NCBI GenBank assembly: GCA_038882975.1
Contig: JAVZNE010000003.1
Location: 51,985-115,984 of the forward strand
Source of the DNA: Candidatus Bathyarchaeia archaeon
Lineage (GTDB): Archaea; Thermoproteota; Bathyarchaeia; Bathyarchaeales; Bathycorpusculaceae
Direction: 5' to 3'
DNA length: 64,000 bases
The stretch's first letter is position 1; each line of letters opens with the position of its first letter. A program made the position numbers and the translations under genes. The notes below the pieces were generated by a model. The model saw nothing but the letters and a program-made list of their open reading frames with translations. It was not told where the DNA came from and made no database searches. Positions 30,274 through 37,710 of the stretch are shown one piece after another.

Positions 30274-30830
30274 TCTGAACGTACCTCCTCATAGGCTTCC
30301 TTAATAACTGTGAAGTTTTTCTCGGCGATGTCGCTTCTGAAACGCTCCCGAATGGTTCTCTCAATGCTTTGTAAACTGACAACGCCGGTTACACGGGCAA
30401 CAGCCCCAAGCATGGCAGTGCTTGTTATGGGCAAGCCCAAAAATTTTATGGCAATCTCCGTTGCTGGAACAGTCCAAACCTTCCCCTTATTGTCTTTAAG
30501 CATTTTCCTAGCCTCTGCCGGTTCATCCCTAAAATTGATTATTAATTTTCCATCCTCGCCTAATCCCTCAGTGACAGGTACAGTCTTAATCAGCGTGGGG
30601 TCCAAAACAACCACAACGTCCGGGTTGTAAACGGCACAATGTAACCTAATAGGCTCCGTACTTATCCTTGTGAAGGCTGCAACTGGGGCACCCATCCTCT
30701 CTGGACCAAACTCTGGAAAAGATTGAATGTATTTTCCCTCGTAAACGGCGGCTCTTGCTAGCAACTCGCTGGCTGTCCAAGCTCCTTGACCGCCTCTACC
30801 ATGCCATCTAACTTCAAGGATTTTTTTCAA
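30270..30830 (-). CDS. POR gamma subunit
   Basis: HGRGGQGA, FGPERMGAP. Confidence 0.95.
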   Translation of the reverse strand: MKKILEVRWHGRGGQGAWTASELLARAAVYEGKYIQSFPEFGPERMGAPVAAFTRISTEPIRLHCAVYNPDVVVVLDPTLIKTVPVTEGLGEDGKLIINFRDEPAEARKMLKDNKGKVWTVPATEIAIKFLGLPITSTAMLGAVARVTGVVSLQSIERTIRERFRSDIAEKNFTVIKEAYEEVRSE

Positions 30831-30902
30831 AGCTTAACTCTCCTATGGCTCTTTCAACAATATGAAAACTCCAATATACATTTTTCTAATTTAAAAGCCC
30901 TT

Positions 30903-31241
30903 TTAGGCTTGGGAAATGAAATCCTTTAAAACTTCTTTCACTGGCATTTTAAGAAGTTCCCTAACACGGTCCAAAACCGTCAAGCCGTTCTTCGTTACTG
31001 AATAATATTTTATGCGTCTCCTTCCCTTCTTAACCCATTTTCCAGCTATAAGCCTATTCTCCTCAAGCTCATATAAAAGCGGATAAACAACTCCGGAATG
31101 AAAACTCCAACCAGTCAGCCTTTTCAACTCCTTTGTAACACTGTATCCGGACAATGGTTTCTGGCTTAGAAGCCATAAAATTATAACTCTGCTGAAACCC
31201 CTAACGGCTGATTTAACCAGTTCACTCTCCAAATTAGACAT
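30903..31241 (-). CDS. PadR-family transcriptional regulator
   Basis: SGY...GVVYPLLYELE...RRIKYYSVT. Confidence 0.9.
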   Translation of the reverse strand: MSNLESELVKSAVRGFSRVIILWLLSQKPLSGYSVTKELKRLTGWSFHSGVVYPLLYELEENRLIAGKWVKKGRRRIKYYSVTKNGLTVLDRVRELLKMPVKEVLKDFISQA

Positions 31242-31363
31242 CAAATGTCCGCCTTTTCGCACATTTAAGCGCCTAGGCTTAAATTGCTTTTTGAGAATAT
31301 AAACGCTACCGTAGAGCGGAAAATTGATATATCAAAAACTAAAATATACCTTCTGAAGGGGAT

Positions 31364-31711
31364 ATGGCAAAAATAAGTAACATTTTTCTCAGAGGTTTGG
31401 AGAAGCCAATAATACTATGGCTTTTAGCCCACAAACCAAGACATGGATATGAGCTAATAGTGGAATTTAAGAGGCTTACGGGAAGAAAGTTAAAGCCAAG
31501 TATAGTTTACCCTTTCCTTCACAAACTTGAGAGGGGTGGATTCGCAAGCGCAAAATGGCTCGCAAAAGGCAAGAAAAGGGTAAAAAATTATGCTCTAACA
31601 AAGAGCGGAGAAGACCTCCTAAGCAAAGTTAAAGAAATGTTCAGTGAACCCGTCAAACAAGTTCTCATGGACTTAATCGAAAAGGAGGAAAAGTCCAATG
31701 CAAGCCACTAG
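31364..31711 (+). CDS. PadR-family transcriptional regulator
   Basis: HGYEL...IVYPFLHKLE...KNYALTKSG. Confidence 0.9.
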   Translation: MAKISNIFLRGLEKPIILWLLAHKPRHGYELIVEFKRLTGRKLKPSIVYPFLHKLERGGFASAKWLAKGKKRVKNYALTKSGEDLLSKVKEMFSEPVKQVLMDLIEKEEKSNASH

Positions 31712-31771
31712 ATTATATCAAAATTTAAATGTTTTCCTAAAGAATACATGAGTTATCTAGGGGGCTGGGGG

Positions 31772-33244
31772 ATGGCTGACATAATCTTAACAGCTGACCG
31801 CACATTAATGAGCGACTACCACCATAACGAGTTTATAGGCTTCGGAACATGCGCCCCTCCAAACGTCATTCCAAACTGGCTCTACAGCTTCCTATTCTTC
31901 CCACCAATAAAAACGAGGAAAGGCGTACCAGTGGCAGCGCCATATGGACTAAGAAAGATCGAGGCACAGCTACTAAGCGAGGGATTCGATGTTTTGACAG
32001 TCGATCCAGACCATATTGGAAAATATTTGGACAAAGCCAAGGTTTTAGGTACACATGTCATGGACCCTTTTGGGCTAGGTCCAGCATCAAGCACCTTCGC
32101 ATCAATTCTGAAGAAGGAGCCCTTCCTCGCCCAACACTTCCGCAATTTAATGGCTAAGCCAGAGATTAAAAGAGCCAAAAAAAGCGGGCTAAAAATTGTT
32201 GTGGGTGGGCCGGGCGTCTGGCAGTTTAGGCATAGAGAAAAATTCGTTAAAGATTATGAGATTGACTGCATAATTGAAGGGGAAGCTGAAAAGGTTATTG
32301 GAAAAATCATGAGGGCGGCCTTAAACGGTGATGAGCTTCCCCAATATTACGAGGTTAGCATTCAGGAAACCCCCAGCCTAGAGGAGATCCCAAACATCGT
32401 AAATCCGTCCGTTAACGGCTTGGTGGAGATTGGCCGCGGCTGCTGTAGAGGATGCAAGTTCTGCAGTGTCACTTTAAGGCCGTTAAGATGGTACCCGGTT
32501 GAGAAGATACTTAAGGAGATAGATGTAAACATTAAGAGCGGCTACGCTTATAATGCATGTCTCCACGCAGAAGACGTCATGCTTTACGGCTCGAAAAACA
32601 CGATTCCAAATGATGAAAAACTCATAAAGCTTCACGAGGCTGTGATAAAGAAGTGCGAGGGCGGCTTCAGCTGGAGCCACTGTTCACTAGCAACAGTCAC
32701 CGTGAAACCGAAACTTTTCGCCCAAGTGGCCCAAATAATCCTCCAAAAGCAGTCGTGGTGGGGCGCAGAAATAGGAATAGAAACAGGCTCACCAGAACTT
32801 GCAAAGAAAATAATGCCCGCTAAAGCCCATCCCTTCAAGCCGGAAGAATGGCCAAACGTCGTCCGCGAAGGGATGGGACTAATGCACGACAACAAGCTCG
32901 TTCCAGCATGCACCCTAATAATGGGCGTACCAGAAGAAACAGAAGAAGACCTTATAAAAACCATAGAGCTCGTCGAAGACCTAAAACATGTAAGAAGCCT
33001 CATTGTGCCTCTCTTCTTCGTCCCTCTGGGCAAGCTGAAAAACGAGCAGTGGTTTAAGGAGGCGAGAATGACGAAACTCCACGAGGAACTCCTAATAAGA
33101 TGCCTAAAGCATGATTTTTACTGGATAGATGACTTGATAGGCTTATCCTTTGCCGGAAAATGGTACGCAAAGCCAATGCGCACCCTATACAGAATCTTTG
33201 TAAAAATCCTCGAGCGCAAAGCAAAAGAAAAGGGAATATACTAG
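31772..33244 (+). CDS. B12-binding-domain radical SAM protein
   Basis: APYGLRK N-domain; RGCCRGCKFC CxxxCxxC; GIETGS. Confidence 0.9.
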   Translation: MADIILTADRTLMSDYHHNEFIGFGTCAPPNVIPNWLYSFLFFPPIKTRKGVPVAAPYGLRKIEAQLLSEGFDVLTVDPDHIGKYLDKAKVLGTHVMDPFGLGPASSTFASILKKEPFLAQHFRNLMAKPEIKRAKKSGLKIVVGGPGVWQFRHREKFVKDYEIDCIIEGEAEKVIGKIMRAALNGDELPQYYEVSIQETPSLEEIPNIVNPSVNGLVEIGRGCCRGCKFCSVTLRPLRWYPVEKILKEIDVNIKSGYAYNACLHAEDVMLYGSKNTIPNDEKLIKLHEAVIKKCEGGFSWSHCSLATVTVKPKLFAQVAQIILQKQSWWGAEIGIETGSPELAKKIMPAKAHPFKPEEWPNVVREGMGLMHDNKLVPACTLIMGVPEETEEDLIKTIELVEDLKHVRSLIVPLFFVPLGKLKNEQWFKEARMTKLHEELLIRCLKHDFYWIDDLIGLSFAGKWYAKPMRTLYRIFVKILERKAKEKGIY

Positions 33245-33296
33245 CGAAATAAACTTAAATACCGCGTTAAAACCAAAACACAAATAGGCACACGGT

Positions 33297-33370
33297 GCCG
33301 CCGTAGCTCAGAGTGGTAGAGCGGCTGGCTGTTAACCAGTCGGTCGTCGGTTCAAGTCCGACCGGCGGCG
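33297..33370 (+). tRNA. tRNA-Asn(GTT)
   Basis: GCCGCCG/CGGCGGC acceptor, CTGGCTGTTAACCAG anticodon arm, GTTCAAGTC T loop; no encoded CCA. Confidence 0.97.
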
Positions 33371-33414
33371 CTTTGGATAGTACCGGCGTACTCCCGAGCT
33401 TAAAGCCGGGAGGT

Positions 33415-34341
33415 TTATTTCCTTTTTCTGAAGAGTTTTATGCCTTCAATGTCGCAGACATATTCAAAGCCTGCCTCTATGAGCTGCTTGGCTTCCTCAA
33501 CTGTTGTTGCTGCTTTGCATATGAAATCATCTTCGTTGGATGGGATGAGTTGTGTGTAGATGAGGGTGTTTCTGATGCTTTTATGCCCTAGGACTTTCAT
33601 GACGTAGAGGATGTCTTTGGTTTTATGGTATTCCATTGTGGCTTTCCAATGGCGTAGAGTATGAAAGGTTATGTTGAGAAGCCTTGGATTTCCAAGTTTT
33701 TGGGCTATTCTCTGCCTCTGCTTCTGAAACAGCCTTCTAATGGTTCTTATGGAGCTTGAGCCGAAGATTTTCTCTGAATTTTTGGGGAGGCTGTTTAGCA
33801 TGGCTGCCAGCTTGCTTGAAATCTTGAATATGCGGGGCTCGCTGCCTTTTTCAGGCGTAACTCTCACAGTGTTGCTGGCTAGGTCCAGATCAGCCCATTT
33901 AAGTCTCCATGCTTCGCCGCTTCTCATGCCTGTTTCCTTAAGCAGCTGGAGAAAGGCGCTGACTTTCTTGCTGCAAGCGGCTATGAGCTGGTCTATTTCC
34001 GCCTCTAAAGGTATGAAGGGCAGCTTTCTGATGCGTCGGCATCTGGGCGGCTGCCAGCTTAAGCCATGCATCTGTAGAAAGGTTGTGTAGGCAACTATGG
34101 CGTTAAATTTGCGGCCTTCAGCCCAATTCTGTTTAGCTATGGCTTCCTTGACGCTTTCAGGATTCCAAAGGTCTGCTCCAAGCCTCACAAGCCGCTTTAA
34201 GATTTGAACTCTGCCTTCTATGGTGGCGTCTGCATAGCCCTGCTTCTTCATCCACCATGCAAACTCTAAGATTTTGCCCTTAACATCAGCGGCTGTCTGC
34301 TCCGTGGCCCCCACAGCCTGTTGCTGTCTAAAAGCATTCAT
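33415..34341 (-). CDS. Tyrosine recombinase/integrase (lacks N-terminal Zn ribbon)
   Basis: GMRSGEA (R), EKGS (K), HTLRH, LGHKS, TLIY (Y); clear paralogue of 44581-45873. Confidence 0.93.
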   Translation of the reverse strand: MNAFRQQQAVGATEQTAADVKGKILEFAWWMKKQGYADATIEGRVQILKRLVRLGADLWNPESVKEAIAKQNWAEGRKFNAIVAYTTFLQMHGLSWQPPRCRRIRKLPFIPLEAEIDQLIAACSKKVSAFLQLLKETGMRSGEAWRLKWADLDLASNTVRVTPEKGSEPRIFKISSKLAAMLNSLPKNSEKIFGSSSIRTIRRLFQKQRQRIAQKLGNPRLLNITFHTLRHWKATMEYHKTKDILYVMKVLGHKSIRNTLIYTQLIPSNEDDFICKAATTVEEAKQLIEAGFEYVCDIEGIKLFRKRK

Positions 34342-34511
34342 TTAGGTGTTCTTCTCATCCATTGCCGTCCGAGTAACTCTGAAATTTCATCCAACTGTCA
34401 ATCTAATGCCTTCTCATCATCCGGCAAAAACTATAATTAAAGAACAAAAATAAAAACATTCACAAAAATTTGAATTAACATACAATCAATAGAAAACCAA
34501 GTTTTTATTAA

Positions 34512-34535
34512 AGTGCGGGGGGTGGGATTTGAACC
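34512..34535. repeat. att site (copy of tRNA-Leu 3' end)
   Basis: AGTGCGGGGGGTGGGATTTGAACC identical to 45912-45935. Confidence 0.95.
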
Positions 34536-34669
34536 TTTCTAAAACTGGCGAAAGCAAAGACCAAATCAAAAATCTCCCGCAAAATTCCCTTATTTTTTCT
34601 GTTTGAGCGCCTTGTGCTTGTTGGAATGGCAAATGTTTTATAACAATTGTAACAAAAGTAACAGACAAG

Positions 34670-34828
34670 ATGTCTAAAACTTGTGCGGTTTGCGGGCGTA
34701 AAGTCTACCCGGGAACTGGGACTTATTATGCTGGTAGGCTGGTTCATTTAAGTTGTTTGGGTATGGCTAAGATTCAGAGGTATAAATTATATCGAAAGAA
34801 GCGTTCAAGAAGAAAGGGGAAGAGGTAG
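34670..34828 (+). CDS. Small basic Zn-finger protein (CxxC...HxxC; 52 aa, not in ORF track)
   Basis: MSKTCAVCGRKVYPGTGTYYAGRLVHLSCLGMAKIQRYKLYRKKRSRRKGKR; TAG abuts next ATG; TTTTATAA box upstream. Confidence 0.75.
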   Translation: MSKTCAVCGRKVYPGTGTYYAGRLVHLSCLGMAKIQRYKLYRKKRSRRKGKR

Positions 34829-36028
34829 ATGGTTGGAAATAACAATCATAACAAAAATAACACTGCTGTAGTTAATCCTTTTTCGCCTCAGTATCCTGCT
34901 GACCCTTTGTATTTTGCTGATAGGAAGGAATATTTGGATTATTTTACTCAGAGTGTTTTGAGTTCTGCTAAGATAAGGCCTCCTGCGCCTGCCAACTTTA
35001 TTGTTCTCGGAGATTGGGGAATGGGAAAGACTTCAATGCTGTATAAAATGAGGGATATTGTTTTGAAAAAGTTGGCGTCAAAGGTTAATTCGTTTTGCTT
35101 CCATTTTTCGCTTGATCCGATATGTTGTAGGAGTTGGGATAAATTCTGTCTAACTTTTCTGACACAACTTAAAAAGGATTATCAGTCTTCTGCGAAGATT
35201 AGGGATAAAATAAGCAGAGAATTGTCGAAATGGACCATAACTGTTTCAGTTCCTCCGGTTTCCGCTACGCGTGAGAGGGAGATGGAAAGGCCTTCGCTTT
35301 TGGAAAGTCTTGAGGAATTGTGGAAGAAACATTTAGCGCCTTCTCACGTAGATATCTGTCTCCTTTTTCTTGATGATGCACATTATTTTCTTCAAGCGGA
35401 CCAGCCGGATGCGTATTTTGCGATTAGAAATACTTTTCAGGAGCTTGCCAGGAGGGAATGTAATTATTCATTGATATTGAGTGGCCCGAGGTTGTTGTTT
35501 AAGGAGATTGTGGATTTAGCTGAGCCCTTCACAAGATTTTTTCATCAGTTTTATCTTGAACCTTTTACTTTGGAGGGAACCGTGGAAGCGATAAAAAGGA
35601 GAGTTATGGTTAACAGGTTGGATTTAGAGTTTTCAGAAGATACGATTATGGCGATTCATGAAAAGTCTAAGGGGCATCCATACTTTGTAATGTTTATAGC
35701 CTATGAGTTGGTTAATTTGCTTGGTTTTCGTAGGAAAATAACAACCAAGGAATTTGAAGAATGCTGGCCGCGGATAATTTCTCTTCTAGAAAGAAGTTTG
35801 TTTGTAAATAGGCTTGAGGAAGTTTCGGAAAGGGAAAGGGAAGTTTTGATAAAAGCGTCCTTAATAGAGGAGCCGTTAATTTCGCCTTCCATGATAAAAG
35901 GAGTGAAAGGCGTTACAGAGTTTTTCTCCCGATTGGAACGCAAGGGTCTCTTGCTTAAAAAAGAACGGGGACTCTATGAACTATTTCATCCATTATTTAG
36001 AGATTATCTGCGAAAGTTAGCTAAATAA
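34829..36028 (+). CDS. Archaeal AAA/STAND-like ATPase with C-terminal wHTH
   Basis: NPF...FADR start, GDWGMGKT, LLFLDDAH, SKGHPY (GxP), GLYELFHPLF. Confidence 0.88.
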   Translation: MVGNNNHNKNNTAVVNPFSPQYPADPLYFADRKEYLDYFTQSVLSSAKIRPPAPANFIVLGDWGMGKTSMLYKMRDIVLKKLASKVNSFCFHFSLDPICCRSWDKFCLTFLTQLKKDYQSSAKIRDKISRELSKWTITVSVPPVSATREREMERPSLLESLEELWKKHLAPSHVDICLLFLDDAHYFLQADQPDAYFAIRNTFQELARRECNYSLILSGPRLLFKEIVDLAEPFTRFFHQFYLEPFTLEGTVEAIKRRVMVNRLDLEFSEDTIMAIHEKSKGHPYFVMFIAYELVNLLGFRRKITTKEFEECWPRIISLLERSLFVNRLEEVSEREREVLIKASLIEEPLISPSMIKGVKGVTEFFSRLERKGLLLKKERGLYELFHPLFRDYLRKLAK

Positions 36029-36033
36029 TATTC

Positions 36034-36486
36034 TTACGGGGTTTGTTGGCTCATTTCTGTTTGGGCGAATTGGGCGAGTTGGTTGAACCTTTGTTCCATT
36101 TCGAGGAGTTTGGATTCTATTTGGCGGTAGTTTATGTAGTCTGCGAGAAGTTCCTTGTAGGTTTTTACGGCTGTTATTATTGTGCGTAGTCTCGCGATTT
36201 CTGCCTTGCTTAGGTTTGGCGTTTGTAGGGCGTTTATGGCTGCAACTAATAATTTTAGGGCTTCTTCTACGCTTGGAAGTTCTTGTGGCATTATCAATTC
36301 AGAAGTAGTAGTCGACCCTATGCTTTGCGGTTGGACTACTTTTAATCCAATTCTTTCAATCTTCTTTAAAACTGCGTCTTTGGTTTTGCCCATTTTGGCG
36401 GCTATGTCTGCAGGTTTGAAGCCTCTTAAGACGAGGTCTTTTAACTGTTTTTCTTCTTCTATTGTCCATGGCTTTCCTTTTGGCAT
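36034..36486 (-). CDS. Myb/HTH + helical oligomerisation protein (possible small terminase)
   Basis: KPWTIEEEKQL...IAAKMGKT HTH followed by helices and a coiled coil; TerS role is inference. Confidence 0.75.
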   Translation of the reverse strand: MPKGKPWTIEEEKQLKDLVLRGFKPADIAAKMGKTKDAVLKKIERIGLKVVQPQSIGSTTTSELIMPQELPSVEEALKLLVAAINALQTPNLSKAEIARLRTIITAVKTYKELLADYINYRQIESKLLEMEQRFNQLAQFAQTEMSQQTP

Positions 36487-36533
36487 AAATTACCCTCAAA
36501 TTTTGACCTATACCTATCCCCTATCGTTTTCAC

Positions 36534-37223
36534 CTACCCCTCCCCCTCTAAATTTGAAAAGCATCGGTCCACCGGTATGCACTTAAAAGTCTCGTTCAGC
36601 TTTCGGAAAAGGTCACTTGAAATTGATTTTTCCACCCATCTTTCGTTTTCATAGGTGGTTAGGCCATTGAAGTCAAGCTGGTTTATTTGTTGTTTGATGG
36701 TGTGATATTGGCTGACTGTTTTCTGGTAGTCTTCATGTAAGCTCTGCAGCTCTTCTGCATGTCTCTTCATTTGCGTGAGAAGGGCGAGGGTCCTTTGGCT
36801 TAGAGTTTTTTGTTGGTGTTTAAGGATAGGGAGTTTTAGGGCTTTTGTTTTTCGTAGTCTTTGTTCCCAGAGGTAGATGGCTCTTTCCCGCCTAATCCAT
36901 TTAGCTGTTTGTTTTCGCCATTTGATTTCAGCCTTAAACTTTTCAATGAGGTTGTTTGTTATGTCGGTTAGGGATGGATGAATGTTGAATTTGCGGTAGG
37001 CGTTTTCCGGCTTCTTTCCATGTTTTAGTTGGCGGATGGCTTCCTCGCATTCTTTTATTTCGGTTTTTAAGATTTCGATTTCTTCGTTTAGGCTGTTGAT
37101 GCGGTTTTGGAGCTGATGAGCTGGCATGGTTGGCAGTTGTTGGCGGATAGTGAAGCGTCTTTCTTTGTAGGCTTTTTCTGGGTCTCGCCAGCTTTGGCTA
37201 TAAACTTTTAATGTGGATTCCAT
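36534..37223 (-). CDS. Coiled-coil hypothetical protein
   Basis: 229-aa K/Q/E-rich heptad ORF with SD GGAGTGA. Confidence 0.7.
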   Translation of the reverse strand: MESTLKVYSQSWRDPEKAYKERRFTIRQQLPTMPAHQLQNRINSLNEEIEILKTEIKECEEAIRQLKHGKKPENAYRKFNIHPSLTDITNNLIEKFKAEIKWRKQTAKWIRRERAIYLWEQRLRKTKALKLPILKHQQKTLSQRTLALLTQMKRHAEELQSLHEDYQKTVSQYHTIKQQINQLDFNGLTTYENERWVEKSISSDLFRKLNETFKCIPVDRCFSNLEGEG

Positions 37224-37230
37224 AGTTTTG

Positions 37231-37380
37231 TCACTCCTTTGTTATGTGCCTTTGGCTTTGTAGCCAGTCGGGGATTATGACGGCTCTAATTAGTTCTTGA
37301 ACGGTTATTCCGCGTTGTTTGGCTATTTGTTCAAGCCTCTTGTAGATTTCTTCGTCTAAGGTTTGCATGAATTTAGGCAT
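37231..37380 (-). CDS. Ribbon-helix-helix (CopG-like) regulator (49 aa, not in ORF track)
   Basis: MPKFMQTLDEEIYKRLEQIAKQRGITVQELIRAVIIPDWLQSQRHITKE. Confidence 0.85.
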   Translation of the reverse strand: MPKFMQTLDEEIYKRLEQIAKQRGITVQELIRAVIIPDWLQSQRHITKE

Positions 37381-37510
37381 TTTATTCAACCTTACATTGT
37401 TGCTTTATTTCTGTGGATATCTATTTGATTCTTTAGATATAAACTTTCTCCTTTTTGTTTGCAAAGTTTTTTACGCCTTGCTAATAACAATTATTGGCGA
37501 GGGTTGAGTC

Positions 37511-37687
37511 TTGAGTGAAAGTGTCAAATGTCCAGTGTGTGGCGGTGAGTTTAAGGCTAAGCCGTTGAAAACTTGGAAGTTCAGATTCTATAAGGTTAAT
37601 CGCTTTGAGTGTGAGAAATGCAAAGCCAAGTTTAATGTTTATGAGGGGCCGAAGTCAAAGTTTACTATACCTAAGGCTAAGCGTTGA
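37511..37687 (+). CDS. Small basic Zn-ribbon protein (58 aa, not in ORF track)
   Basis: TTG start; SESVKCPVCGGEFKAKPLKTWKFRFYKVNRFECEKCKAKFNVYEGPKSKFTIPKAKR. Confidence 0.75.
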   Translation: MSESVKCPVCGGEFKAKPLKTWKFRFYKVNRFECEKCKAKFNVYEGPKSKFTIPKAKR

Positions 37688-37710
37688 TTTGGTTGAAGAG
37701 GTTAAGTTCT

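Noticed and set aside
34670-34828. Ribosomal protein L24e (CxxCG...PGTG resemblance)
   Set aside because: Lacks the FCSSKC motif and lies inside a mobile element; kept as a generic Zn finger.
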